From Octopus bimaculoides (lineage: Eukaryota), in the NCBI RefSeq assembly GCF_001194135.2, contig NC_068984.1:75823937-75882482 (forward strand): a DNA stretch of 58,546 nucleotides, given 5' to 3'. The notes below the pieces were generated by a model, which searched no databases, was not told the DNA's origin, and saw only the letters and a program-made list of their open reading frames with translations. Position numbers and translations under genes: made by a program. Shown piece by piece: positions 24,766 to 38,281 of the stretch. Numbering within the stretch: the stretch's first letter is position 1; each line of letters opens with the position of its first letter.

Positions 24766-26458
24766 TTTATTTATTGCCCACACGGGTCAAACATAGAGGG
24801 ACAACACAGCCTGATTTGGGGTCAGACACACAAAATGGGTTTAAAAATTTATAATGAAATCGGATAATACAAATGATAAAACAATTTACAAAACATGGTA
24901 ACAACATAAAATGGGGCAGGGGAAGAGGTTTTAGCTCCGAGCCCACGAGCCCTGTTCCACTACCGACACCTTTTGGTAAGTCCTATGGCACGTTCACGAA
25001 ATGTCTTTCACACACAACATTGGTGCCGCACGTGCCCATCTGTCTTTGTACATTCTTTCTGACAGGCATCTCCTCTTCAGGTCCACTTTCCTTTTCAGGT
25101 GAAAGATGAAAAACCTCACCAAACGGAAGCCAGAAATGAAGCAGCCTGTCACCAATCCTTTCACTCTTGACTTCCATATCACCTCTGTCGCGATTGCTAC
25201 TACCACGAGAAAACAATTCTTACCTTCTTTCGTAAGGAAATCCGGTGGGTCAATTTTTAGAATTGACTCAGACGACAGCTGTACTATTCTTGTATCTGAC
25301 AACAGGTGTTCTGCATAAGTCCACACTTCTGACACTTCCGGACACTGAACAATAGCGTGCAGGACGGTTTCCCTCTCCTGCTCGCATCTTGGACAGGCCG
25401 ATGGGCCGGGATGGCCGTGTCTAGTGAGCTTATCCCGAATGGGTAAGGCTCCTCGGTAACACTGTCAGGCCAGAGACTTTTGGAAGTTATCCAGTGTCTT
25501 CGGCCCGAATGTCCGTTGGAACAGACTGATTATTATCGAAACCAAGGGTCTACTCCAGAGTATCGTCACATCCAGCTTCTACCAACCTGCTATAACAAGA
25601 TGCGGTTGTACCAAAACCGCTGGCATTGGCCGAGCGATGGAACAGCAGGAGAGCCTTACGTCACTCCGTATACCAAGTACCCAACCTCGATCTCCGATGA
25701 AACCAGCTTTCCCGTCCACCAAAACTAGTAAATCTGGAAAACATCCCTTTCGCAAGCGGAGACCACACCCGTTCACCATCCAGGTGGAGCCAGAGGTGCC
25801 TCAACTTCAACGCATGTTTGCGCATCAACAACCAAAGCATTCCTAGTCCACTCTTTAACGGTTTTTGACAGCAGATAGAACGCCACACAAGTGGAGTCGA
25901 GCCCTTCCACAAGAAGCGGAAGATCTGTCTCTCCAGCTTGCTCAACCATGAATCTGGGCAAGGAACGACGGTTAGGCGGTAAATGATGACCGATGCGATG
26001 AACACATTGGCCACTTCCGCTCTCCCTTTCAAGGATAGCCACCGCTAAGACCAGGTCTTGACTATGAGGGTCACCTTGTTCGATACCTCAGTCCAGTTCT
26101 TTTCTACCTGGAGATCAGGGCCAAACCAGACTCCTAGTAACTTAACCGGGCCCTCCGTCCAACGTCCCACGACGCTATCCGAAGGCATCGACTTGCCCCT
26201 CCAGGTGCCGAGTAGCAAGCCGACCGACTTTTCCCGGTTAATCTCTGTTCCTGCCGCCGTCTCGCAAACCTTAATGGTTTCACCTACCCTCTGTAGGTGT
26301 TTCATCTCGGTCACGATGATGGTGACGTCGTCCGCTTATGCTGAAACCGATCCTCCACAACCTGGCTTCGTCGGGATGCCACTCAACTTTCGCAGCAACG
26401 GCTCAAGTGCCATCACATACAAAAGTGGTAAGAGCGGACATCCTTGGTGAACCGAACG
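24766..26458 (-). mobile_element. Tx1/L1-clade LINE, 5'-truncated, with a 19-bp target-site duplication
   Basis: RT motifs SVHQGCPLLPLLY and *ADD, KLLGVWFG, LSLKGRAEVAN, GLGM, and C-terminal CPRCEQERETVLHAIVQC knuckle. AAATGTGGCTTACAACTTG is repeated at 24747-24765 and 26459-26477. Confidence 0.93.
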
Positions 26459-27458
26459 AAATGTGGCTTACAACTTGGAACATAAATACAGACATTGGTT
26501 TTTTATGTTTAGAAGATTATTTAGTGTTTCAAGCTCCACGAAATTGTTTTGTTTCAAGCGCCAAGATGTTGTTTTGTTTCAAGCAACACCAATTTGTTTT
26601 TAAATGTGTGTTCAATCCTAAGCAAGAACCAAGCATGTTTTGTTTTGTGCTTTTTCTTTAATAATTTTATTATAATAACTATAATAGCGCTATACATGGC
26701 TACCAAAGACTACGAATTTTAAGCACTTTACACTACTGTGGAAAGAAGACAAAATTAAATGTGTATGCGGTTTACTCTTTGTTGAAAACTCCTCGACTTA
26801 GCTTAATCTAAAAGAGATTGTCTCCCCTAGAGAGCACAACAAGTGTTCAAATAATTATATTTCTTTTCCTTCAGTGAACACTTGCTTAAATTCTTCCGGT
26901 ACCAACTTCTTGGTTAATTCCGAAAAGTGGTGTTAATCTTTGGTTAGCAAACCAGCTTGCAAGCCCCCTTGATAATTACATCCATGGTAGATCACATTAG
27001 TGATTCAGCAGTGGGAAGAGACATTTCTTTTTAAAGTTTATGTTCTCATAATGAAAGGAAGGATATTTTGACAAACGGTTTACATTCTTTGACAACTCTA
27101 ATATTCACATATCCACCAGCACCTCGTTTTTCTTCTCTTGCTCTCACACACGCACACACACTCACATACACAACACACATACTCGCACACACTCTTTCGA
27201 TATACTGGTGTAAGTATTTTTGAATGTATCTATGAAGAAGAAAATATATGCCTGTATATATCTATCCTCCTTTTCTGTAAATGTATACATTAGTGTACAT
27301 ATGAGCGAGTGTGTGCGCGCGCGCGTGCGTCTGCGTATGTGTGTGTGTGTATGTATGCATGCATACACACATACACATGTGTATGTGTGCGTATACACAC
27401 ACACACGCACACACACATATATACATGTGTACATTCATATATATATATATATGTATAT

Positions 27459-27523
<65 letters not shown>

Positions 27524-29439
27524 NNNNNNNNNNNNNNNNNNNNNNNNNNNNNNNNNNNNNNNNNNNNNNNNNNNNNNNNNNNNNNNNNNNNNNNNNNNNN
27601 NNNNNNNNNNNNNNNNNNNNNNNNNNNNNNNNNNNNNNNNNNNNNNNNNNNNNNNNNNNNNNNNNNNNNNNNNNNNNNNNNNNNNNNNNNNNNNNNNNNN
27701 NNNNNNNNNNNNNNNNNNNNNNNNNNNNNNNNNNNNNNNNNNNNNNNNNNNNNNNNNNNNNNNNNNNNNNNNNNNNNNNNNNNNNNNNNNNNNNNNNNNN
27801 NNNNNNNNNNNNNNNNNNNNNNNNNNNNNNNNNNNNNNNNNNNNNNNNNNNNNNNNNNNNNNNNNNNNNNNNNNNNNNNNNNNNNNNNNNNNNNNNNNNN
27901 NNNNNNNNNNNNNNNNNNNNNNNNNNNNNNNNNNNNNNNNNNNNNNNNNNNNNNNNNNNNNNNNNNNNNNNNNNNNNNNNNNNNNNNNNNNNNNNNNNNN
28001 NNNNNNNNNNNNNNNNNNNNNNNNNNNNNNNNNNNNNNNNNNNNNNNNNNNNNNNNNNNNNNNNNNNNNNNNNNNNNNNNNNNNNNNNNNATTTTAGTTT
28101 AAACATTCCATATAACCCTCATAACATTTTTTTTTATTTTTGGGAATTTTTAGAAAATTTTTGCGATTATGAAAAATAAAAAGTTTTTAATTTTTCAAAC
28201 ACACTCTATCCCCATAAATCCTAAAATTTCCACTCTTTTTCTATTTTTTTTAAATTTCAGTTTAAAATACGGACAGTCCGAACGTTTTACTTAAGTTCCA
28301 GCAATGGACCATTTCATGTGTTTATGGAGAGAAAAATATTGAAAAACATCAATATATGACAGAGAAACGAGGAAGGTATCAGGTGGTCGTGAGGTGTGCA
28401 AAAAATCGCCCTAAAATTACATACAAAAAAATTTTGTTTTGTTTTTTTTTCGCATAATCGTATGAATTCTCGTGTATAGAACACAAATTCGCAAAAGTTT
28501 TCTGAACATTTCAAAAAAATACAAAAGAAATGCTTAAACCAGAATCCACAAAGATTCTTTCATTTAATGGCGAGGGTTATTGCGTTAGAAGTTGAGCAAA
28601 AGAAATTTAGTATTTTATAAAGCACTATACATAAAAATAGACCATCAACATGCAATCTCAAGAATCAAGACTTCTCCAAATTTATATGCCATTGAGGAAA
28701 AGTGAGTCTAATTATCTGGAAATAAAAAGACGGCTATGGACAGGTAGTTCAACCTCAATAGGCATCATCAACAACCATTGTTTTATCTTATTTCCAGCAC
28801 TTAGACATATACTTAAAACAGTATAATACATTTGTGGCCTCTGTACTCTTTTCTTTATCTTTAAACCGTGCTGGTCTTGGGACTACTATATCAATTTCTA
28901 AAGAAAGAGAGACTGCTTGGAGTCCCCAACGACTGGGATGGAACTTAAGATCAAACTATAAAAGAAAGATCCTAAAACTAATCTCCTGAGTCTCAAAACA
29001 GACCGTTACTCCATTATCAGAGATTTTCATATCAAATGACAAAAGAATAGTTTTAATTAGTTATTCTGGAGGGGAGTGGAAGTACTCGAAGCATTTAAAA
29101 TTTTGTCGCCTCCAAGACTGAAATAAGTGGCATATTTGATGACTACCATGAATATCTTCAGGTGAATATATGCATGAAAAACGGATACTTCAAATGAGTA
29201 GTAAACTTAATGAAAGCTACCTAAGGATTATGGTATGACACGTTTAGAGTAATGATCAAAAATGAATCGAAACACATGAGTAGAAGATAGTAGAAAGAAT
29301 CCAGAATTTGCTGTTGGGATATTACAAGAAAGTTCAAGCGATTAAGTAAAAATCAAAAAAAGATAAATACTGAGAGAAGGTTAATTATTGTCCTGTATAT
29401 ACAAAAATATTTCAGTTTCTTGGAGTTTCAGGCACTGAC

Positions 29440-29810
29440 ATGGATAGCTGTGTTGTAAAAAGTTTGCTTCCTAACCACATAGTTCTGGGTTCAGTCCCAC
29501 TGCGTGATACATTGGGCAAGTGTCTTTTACTATAGCCTCGATCGACCAAAGCTTTGTGAGTGAATTTTGCAGATGGAAACTGAAAAAAGCCCGTTCTACA
29601 TATGTATATGTGTGTGTGTATGTCTTTGCGTCTGTGTTTGTCCCCACCACCGCTTGACAACTGATGTTGGTGTATATATGACCCTGTAAGATTAGGGTTA
29701 AAAAAAAATTAAGTACTGAGAATGAATACATGCGACGAAAATTCTCCAAGGCGATGCCTCGGTATGGCCGCAGTCTAATAACTAAAACAAGTAAACCATA
29801 AAAGATAAAA
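29440..29810 (+). mobile_element. SINE family B, near full length
   Basis: Head GCTTCCTAACCACATAGTTCTGGGTTCAGTCCCACTGCG, internal TG/TA tract, 3' end AAGGCGATGCCTCGGTATGGCCGCAGTCTAATAACTAAAACAAG. Confidence 0.88.
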
Positions 29811-30549
29811 TATTCCTTTTTCGGATGAATCGACATTTCACCATTGTTGTTTACAAGCGTTCCGGTCATGACCATCAAGAGTTTTGTGTATTTAGGAATA
29901 TATTATCCAGTATGCACATTTAAAATTTCAAAGATATGATTTAAGGGGAATTTGACTGCTGTTGTTAAAGGATCGAGTGACCGTGTAGAGCACTGATTCC
30001 CAACCGGAGTCCTCTGACCCTTGGGGATCTACATAAGATTTCGTTGTTAAAATTTATCCTGCTAACGACGTAAACAAGAGTATTTATATGAACCACAAAG
30101 TTATATGAAAGTTTCTCTCATGGTAACTATCGCAGATTTTGTATTTAATTTGCAAGACTTTTGATATGAATTCGTGTTAAGCTGACCTTGAAGAGAGTGG
30201 TTATACTTCTACAATACACAGAATATTTACAAAATATTTTTACAATTTTTTTCATCTTACATTTAATTATAAAAGTATAATACGATTTTTTAAACATCAA
30301 ATGGCTATGATAATCCACCCGCGTAAAATAGAAACCAAAAGGGTCCACACGCAAAAAATGCTTGAGAAACGCTGGTGTAGAGATTCCATCATTGGCTTGT
30401 CTATATGTTTACTATTCCTTGACGTTCATCATATATTTCCATTCAGGTCCAATAGACAAATCAGGAGAGATTGCCTTCAAATAAAGAATTACAACATTGG
30501 CGTAATGATTACACATTTAGAGAGAATGTATAATTGATTAAAATGGTCC

Positions 30550-30703
30550 CGGTACTTGCTGCGTACTTTATTTTATTGACTCCAGAAGGATGAAAGGAAA
30601 AGTAGACCTTGGCAAAATTTGAACTCAGATCGTAAAGAGTATAATTAAATTTCACTATGAATTTTCTTTGACGCTCTAACGATTCTACCAGTCTGCTGTC
30701 CTT
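30550..30703 (-). mobile_element. SINE family A (left member of head-to-head pair)
   Basis: GGATGAAAGGAAAAGTAGACCTTGGCAAAATTTGAACTCAG...CTAACGATTCTACCAG. Confidence 0.8.
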
Positions 30704-30724
30704 GCCAATATGTTACCTATAGAT

Positions 30725-30938
30725 AAGGCGACTGGATGGCAGAATCGTTAGCACGCCGGGCAAAATGCTGAGCAGCATTTCGTTCGTCCTTTGCGTTTTA
30801 AGTTCAAGTGCCACCGAAGTCGACTTTGCCTTTCATCCTTTCGAGGTCGAAAAAATAAGTACTAGTTGAAAACTGGAGTCGGTGTAACAGACTTACTCTT
30901 CCTCCGAATTTGCTGGCCTTGTGTCAAAATTTGAAACC
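30725..30938 (+). mobile_element. SINE family A (right member of head-to-head pair)
   Basis: AAGGCGACTGGATGGCAGAATCGTTAGCACGCCGGGCAAAATGC...GTCGACTTTGCCTTTCATCC...GGCCTTGTGTCAAAATTTGAAACC. Confidence 0.9.
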
Positions 30939-31837
30939 TACAAATGATAAAAAAAAAGGTTAAAAGGTTTGGAGAGTGTGGGTATATTTTACTAGTCAAT
31001 GTACTGGAGCTCACATTTCTCATATACGAAAACGTCAAAACACAATATTACAAGGAATATATTTTACAAAAGCACATCCTTTTTTCATACAACATGGTTT
31101 TTATTGAAGGTCTGGCAATATACTAATTATACTCATCATACGATAAAGCTCCTGTTCATTCTGCCAAATTAGCCAAATATATTCGCTTATTTTATTTACT
31201 TATTTATTATTTTCCGGATCTTGAAATAGAGATCTTTATTTTAGCCAGTATATTCAGGAGACTGGAGCCCAATTAAAAACTTTATTACTGTAATATTAAG
31301 TCAAAACTGAAATCAAGTACTTTTAAAAGCAAGCAGTTTTTATTTGCCGCTTTGCAACAAGAATAGGGACAAAAGGGAGCCAACATTAATAAAAGGGTTT
31401 CCTGCCTGTTTAATTAAGGGGAAACAAAAACAACTAGAGGATAATCGCACCAGAAACATGTTTATTAAATGCCATAAAAGATTCCTTTATATTAGACCAT
31501 TAAACACCCAACATTATGTACCATAAAAGACTTCCTCTCGTCAAAACTGAATGTTATATTTTAATTCGAATGGTTAACATGTTTCATGTTTTATTCCTCT
31601 CCCTCCCTCTCTCTCTCTCTATCAAATACACACACACGCACACACACAACCACACACGCACANNNNNNNNNNNNNNNNNNNNNNNNNNNNNNNNNNNNNN
31701 NNNNNNNNNNNNNNNNNNNNNNNNNNNNNNNNNNNNNNNNNNNNNNNNNNNNNNNNNNNNNNNNNNNNNNNNNNNNNNNNNNNNNNNNNNNNNNNNNNNT
31801 ATATATATCCATTTATCGCCCTCTATATGCATATAGT

Positions 31838-31975
31838 AAGGACGCATGGCCTAGTGGCTAGGGTGTTGCACTCACGATCGTGAGATCGTGGTTTCAATTC
31901 CTAGACTGGGTGGTGTGTGCAAAACACTTCATCTCGATATCTGACGTATGGCACATCGTGCACCTGTTCAGGCCA
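31838..31975 (+). mobile_element. tRNA-derived SINE family C, head plus part of body
   Basis: GGACGCATGGCCTAGTGGCTAGGGTG (A box)...GGTTTCAATTCC (B box); related head at 46300. Confidence 0.7.
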
Positions 31976-33159
31976 TATCGATTTTGATGGAAAGAGGGAG
32001 CTAATGTCCAGCAAATACATTTGATCATTATAATCAAATCATGTGTGCAAGTCATTCGACAACAACTGAGCACTCATATGTCGTCTTCGAAGGGTACAAA
32101 CCACATTATTTATTTGTGGCGAATAGGAATAAGCGTTAATGAGTCTTCGTTACATGGCATCCGATCTGCTGTTTTTACAGTCCATTCAAACCACCGTCCT
32201 AAGTTGACATTTTTATGGAGTCTGAGAAGATAAAAAAACAAAGCTGATCTCGATGGAATTTGAACACTGGGTGAAGTGAACCATATCAAATAAGGCGAGA
32301 CATTCTATCCAAAGAGGTTTTACGTCTCTGCCAATGCTGATAGAATGTATTAGCAACAGTAGCAAGCTGACGAGGGAGATACTGTGTGATAACTCGATTT
32401 TCTAGAAATAGCAACTAAATCTTGTTCAGCTCACTTTATTGCCTTAGAAATAGATAAACTGCGAGGCAATATAATTCCTGGTGCACGAAAAGGCGGTAAA
32501 CTCCATAAAATGTTGTACCAGTCACATACAAAGACCGATCTAGCAGCCAGAAATGTATGTAGGAACCGCAAGTTTTCATTTATGGTTTCTAATGAAATGT
32601 TGTTACAGTTGTTGTTTTCTCCTTTGACTAAAGAATGAAAATATTTCAAATGCGAGGAGCAAAGGTATCTTATCCAAATGAATCTATTGTTATAGATAAA
32701 GCTATAACAATGGGTCTCACTCAGTGACATCTGAAAGCACTTCATGTTATTTGTTGACAACCGATGACAGTTGGTGGTAAACGAGGAGACTGTCCAGCTG
32801 CTTTTATAGAAATAATGTTGAAAAAACATAAATGACTGTCAAAACTAATATATGTGGATTATCAGTGTCAGCAGTTGATTTGGGGATTTGGTTGAGGAAG
32901 GGGCTTTTGATTTATTTATTTTGCTTTAGCCCTTGGTCAACTCTGATCGAACAGAACTATGATCAAAATCATTCCAAGTGATCATTCTACCTTTTCACAT
33001 TAGCCAGTGCATTCTTTTTTTTTTAAGACGGCAACGTAACTCTAGAGGAAAACCATATAAAGGCACCTTCTTCTTCTTCTCCTCCTGCTGCTGCTGCTGC
33101 TGCTGCTGTTTTTGTTGTTTAATCCCGAGTCATCTGCGGAAGGATAAATCCCGGATCTT

Positions 33160-33330
33160 TTCAGTTTGGCTGCCAATTTTCCAAAACTCAAAGTTTACTG
33201 AAAATTTTAAAATTTGGTACATTACTGTAGCTTTCCAAGATTAATCTCTGGAAATATTTCACTATTTCAAGAAAAAATCTTTTAAAAAACGTTATAGAGG
33301 TTTAAAGTTTGATCATTTTCACCTGGTCAT
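33160..33330 (+). repeat. ~170-bp repeat, inverted partner at 39250-39420
   Basis: AGTTTGGCTGCC...AAAATTTTAAAATTTGG...GGTTTAAAGTTTGATCATTTTCACC is the reverse complement of 39250-39420 (about 75% by eye). Confidence 0.8.
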
Positions 33331-33731
33331 TTTCAACCTCCGTCCGTCCAGGAAATGAGTCATGGCTCGGAAAAAGTGGTAATTTGATGTTGCTAGGTTT
33401 GGACTGTAGGCAAGGTGAAGTAGCAATTTCAAGCCTAGAAGTTCCTTAAATTTACGCTTAGTTACATTGGCAATGTGAGCTGAAGCACTATCATAGGTAG
33501 TCCTACGATGGTTTAAGTGGCCGAAACTTCGAAGTTACTGTCAGTAACATTCTTATATAAGAAGAAATTTGTACCCTACATAAGTATAGAGTAACCTATC
33601 AGATTAATGTAAAATTCAGTTTACTATAACTGAACATAAAAACAAACATTAATATATATATATATATACACACATGTATGTATGTGTCTATGTATACAGA
33701 CACATACCCACACACACATACAAACGTACAA

Positions 33732-33815
<84 letters not shown>

Positions 33816-34324
33816 ACATAGACACGTACCTTTAATGGGTGCTTCGCTACTCAGTAGTAAAGGAAAGAACAAATGACGGCGATATTTCCATAATTCTTTA
33901 TTACACAAATGATTAACACGTAGCAATGAGTACAGAAATAAATACCTACCTATTTATTTTATGTTAGTCGCTGGAGATAACTGATACGTCTATCTTGAAA
34001 TATCTTTATATTCTGTCATTAAAAACAAAAAGGAGAAAAGGGGCTGTGTTTTGCTCTCAGCTCTTAACGAGGCTTAATCACAGTTAAAAGAGTAACGGGG
34101 TGTGAATTACCAGATGTTATTGTTGCGAATGTAACACAAGTGAATCCAAAGACACAGTTTTAGTGATACGACACTGCTTGTCATTGATAAATAAATATAC
34201 GTTTCAAATACAATTATAGTTACAGTTTTCAGCCTAATAGTACTGTCTATAAATTTGGAAATGTAAACATTTCACAAGTTTTTTTCCAACACAATCTGAA
34301 CGAATGAACTTGTACATAAATAAT

Positions 34325-35440
34325 TCTATTTAATTTTGGCACAAGGCCAGTAATTTTGATGACGTGAAGTTGATTACATCGATCTCAGTACTTGACTGAA
34401 ACTTTATTTTATTGACCCCGAAAGGATGAAAGGCAAAGTTGGCCACGGTAGAATTTCATCTCAGAACGTAATGAGCCGGAAGAAGTGCCATGAAGCATTT
34501 TATTCGACGTGTTAACAAATTCTTTAGCATGCCACCCTACGTACAAATGATTTCAAATTTTGATACAAGGCCAGCAAATCGATTACATCGAACCCAGTAT
34601 TTGATTGATACTTTATTTTATTGATCCCGAAAAAATGAAGGGCAAAGTACCTCCTCGGCGGAATTTGGGATCTATTTCAAAACGGGGCCAGTAATTTTCA
34701 TTTATGTTTTATGTAGTGTTTTTGGTACCGAAAGACTTTCAAACTTCGTATACTGATCTATTTTGTGTTATAGAACTGTAACGGTGTATATCGTATTAAT
34801 CCCCTAACCCTAACCCTAACTAGACTGTTAACCCTAACCCTAACCCTAACCCTAACTCTAAAACTAACCCTAACTCTAAAATCCGAACTCTAAAATTGTT
34901 ACACACATAGATACGCACAGCGTAATTTATTATATAAACAATATATGCGTATAAATTACGATTAAACCGGATGAAATATGTCACAGGGAATAACATTTTT
35001 ATAACCGCCCAGCAGTAACTCTATTTAGCTGAATAGACGTCAGTGATTGGTTGAAATTACAGAAATACACAACTTTAACATGGAATAACTTGCGATGTAC
35101 GTTTTTTTGTTAAGAAGACTAAGAGTAAAAGATGTTTTATATGACACATTCTACCAGTGTCCCAAGTTTCAAAGTGTTTCGTTAGTGTTTCGTTAAGAAA
35201 ATACTGGTGCCCCCGTTTTGAAATAGATCCGGAATTTGAACTCTTATCGTCAAACCGAATGAAATGGCACTAAGCATTCTGCCAACTCGCCGCCCTATTG
35301 ATAATCCTTTCTCCTATAGGCATAAGGCCTGAAATTTATGGGAGAGCGAGCTAGTTAATTGCATCGAATGCAGTGCCAAACTGGCAAAGTCGACCTCGGC
35401 GGAATTTGACAAACTCTGAACGTAAAGAAGGATGAAATGC
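34325..35440 (-). mobile_element. Three tandem family A SINEs; the middle one is interrupted by a MITE
   Basis: Copies at about 34325-34540, 34555-35300 (split at GGAATTTG) and 35310-35440, all on the minus strand. Confidence 0.8.
34668..35230. mobile_element. Merlin-like MITE with internal telomeric repeats (copy 1)
   Basis: TIR GGATCTATTTCAAAACGGGG(GCA)CCAGT at both ends; 8-bp TSD GGAATTTG (34660-67, 35231-38); (CCCTAA)3+(CCCTAA)4 plus variants at 34802-34880. Confidence 0.9.
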
Positions 35441-35987
35441 TGCTAATAAATAGTAGTTAAGAAAAATTGAATGACATAAGTACTGGGGTTGGTTATTTTG
35501 AATAGAATTTTCAAGGCGCTGCCCCAACATGACCGCAGTCCAATGACTGAAACAAGTAAAAGATTTTTAAAATACATCTACATTTGTAACTATCTGAAAT
35601 ACAACACAACATGACAGTCTAAAAAGTCAGTCAATGACATTTATTTTAATGTTTGAAATGTTAGAAAAAAGTTGTAGTCTTGCTGGTGTAATGAGGTTAA
35701 AGGGATTTTATGGTAGGTCAACAGTACTTTCTGTAAAATCACGAGACAGGCTAAAGGTCAGTCAAAAGAACAAAACAATAAGTATCCAAAACTAGTCGAT
35801 GCCTTTACTGCGACGTGATCGGCTGGACGTTATCTGGAATTTATAAACTGATAGAGCGTTGAATAAAATGAGTTTCAATATTTAATCCAGCTTCATGCGA
35901 GATTCCATTTGAGTTCAAATCCTACCGGAATCAACTTCACTTTTCATTCTTTCAGATGATAGTACCCACCCAGTGCTGACACAACCT

Positions 35988-36040
<53 letters not shown>

Positions 36041-36378
36041 CCTCAATGTTCTACAGGGTCAAGAGTGGGAGAGTCCAAAGGGTGTAATGTGTCTGTTCGC
36101 GGCTATCAAGGCGCCTAAAATATTCAGCAAAAGCCAGCTGCCTACTGATATCAAATCCTCCCCCGATTGCGAGCATCAACCGTAGTTTTATATACATAAT
36201 CGTATAGCAAACATTTAATGTTTTTGACATTAATTTTGTTTTCACATTCTCAAATGTACGCACACATACATATATTACATCCGTATATTATTCTATCTTA
36301 TTATTCCAATAGTTTTATTGCTGTGGCATGTTTTCACTGCAGAACCGATTCCAGATTTATATACGCTGGTTATGTGCA

Positions 36379-36418
<40 letters not shown>

Positions 36419-37004
36419 TTTTATTCTGTTTTTATTATATTGAGAATACTATTAGCAATACATGCATAATGCCTAATATGGCTACTTTTTCTACGTTATG
36501 TATATTTGTAGCTCTTTGTCAATGTACAAAATCATTATTACAAAAACAATGACTTCTCGGTGGTAAGTAGGTAGAGGCGATGTATAAATATTCTTAAGAT
36601 AAATATTAAATAGAGATATGTAGTATTTTCAGCTCCACCAGAAATAATCACTAAATATTATTACGGGGAATATTTCTGTTTTTAAGACCCATATTTTGAG
36701 CGAGCTTTATTTCTTAGTGGCTTTATGTGTTTAGATAGCCTTTCCATGTCTTTTATAGGCATATTGTTTTTGTTGCCTGCCACGAAATGAAATGATATTT
36801 CAATAGAAACTTCTTTTCCTGATGTTCGTTATGTAACATTTCTCAGGGACATGACTTTCTCATTCGCACGAACTTGACGACAGCAACTGCCGCTGCTCCT
36901 TCTGCTACAAATACTACTACATTGCCACACACATGCACTTGCACGTACGCTTATACATGCAGACACAAATGCTCTCACATAAACGCATATATTCGTTTGA
37001 AATT

Positions 37005-37178
37005 TCGGCACAAGGCCAGCAAGTTGTGGGTGAGGGGGTTAGTCTATTGATATTTTTTTTTAATGGCCCCAGAAGTATACAAGCAAAGTCGACTTTTAAA
37101 CCCAGAACATAAAGACGGACGAAATACCGCTAAGCATCTTACCGGGCATGCTAATGATTCTGCCAGATCACCGCCTTA
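37005..37178 (-). mobile_element. SINE family A
   Basis: GGCACAAGGCCAGCAAG...CAAAGTCGAC...GACGGACGAAATACCGCTAAGCAT...TCTGCCAG. Confidence 0.8.
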
Positions 37179-37572
37179 CATAGACACATATATTAATGGG
37201 TTCTCTAGTATTCTAGTTTTATCGATCGACAGAACTGTTTACTCAACGAACTATATAGTGAAAGTGACCGAGCATTCGGTAGATATTTGTACAGTATTAA
37301 TAAAAGTTTTTAGACAGAAACAGAGTGATAGTATAAGGGGATAAATTCTTTATTTGTGCATCTTCAGGCCTACTGGTGAAGAGACATCCAATGAGTTCAT
37401 AAAATGAATCATTGCAATTACTCTTGTTCTGAAATTATTGATCCATTTCATGCTCTGGGAACTTCTAAGATTAAATCAGTGCTGAAAGTTTTCACAGAAG
37501 GCTGTGTAGGGTATTTTTTCTTTTCTTTTCCTTTTTTTTTCCGCTGAGAGAAAGAGGGGGAAAAGCTGTCAT

Positions 37573-37656
37573 TGTCAGAAGAGAGATTCGAATCCTCACC
37601 GGGAAGACCCGATTGCAACCTGAACTCAACGCCTTAGACCGCTAGGCCATCCTGAC
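37573..37656 (-). pseudogene. tRNA-Leu(CAG) probable pseudogene
   Basis: Minus strand GTCAGGATGGCCTAGCGGTCTAAGGCGTTGAGTTCAGGTTGCAATCGGGTCTTCCCGGTGAGGATTCGAATCTCTCTTCTGACA: acceptor stem and CAG anticodon kept, mismatches in the anticodon and T stems; TTTT follows. Confidence 0.85.
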
Positions 37657-37882
37657 AGATATAAAGTTGGTACTTCTGTTATGCTTTCAAAGTATTTGTT
37701 ATGCTTTATATTCTGAATGTAACAATAATAAACCCTACAGCCCCTTTTGAGAGAGGTCATTGCAGTAGTGGTACGAAAAAGGCAAGGAGAGGGGACACTA
37801 TTTGTGAGTCAAAGGCTGAAACATGTCCATGAGTGACTTCTTGCAACCATTTTAATAGTCTTCCTCTAGCTATGCTCTCGGA

Positions 37883-38013
37883 CAGTCATGGGCAAACTGC
37901 GATCTGCGGGGTTTTCTGAATGGCACACCTAACGGAAAATTATCTTGAATTTTTTTAGTAGTGCAGCCCAACTAATGATAAGCCCGCTTCTCGAAGAAGG
38001 TTGCCTATGTCTG
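37883..38013. mobile_element. Old hAT(Charlie)-like MITE
   Basis: CAGTCATGGGCAAAC...GTTGCCTATGTCTG imperfect TIRs; flanking 8-mers CTCTCGGA/GTCTTAAA match only partly. Confidence 0.55.
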
Positions 38014-38281
38014 GTCTTAAAGATATACGAATGACATCAGTACCGTCCTAGATGTTGGAACAATACTCTATTGTAGGTCTGTAGTATGTCAGTAATTGCT
38101 GAAGGGATGAAGTATTATTCAGATCCTGAAAAGAAATACATGTCTTTTGTCTTTTGTGCCGCACTCTTAGCTACGTTAAGGATGCGCTGCCATCATGAGA
38201 GATATATTTAATATTTTGCAGTAAGACATCCTCGCGGTTAGTTTTCAATAAGAAACCAGAAAAGAAGAACCGTCGTTGCAA

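Noticed and set aside
32431-32829. 132-aa minus-strand ORF in non-repetitive DNA
   Set aside because: No recognisable motif or splice context; its length is compatible with chance.
34802-34880. CCCTAA array as evidence of a chromosome end or fusion
   Set aside because: Both arrays are internal to a TIR element with TSDs.
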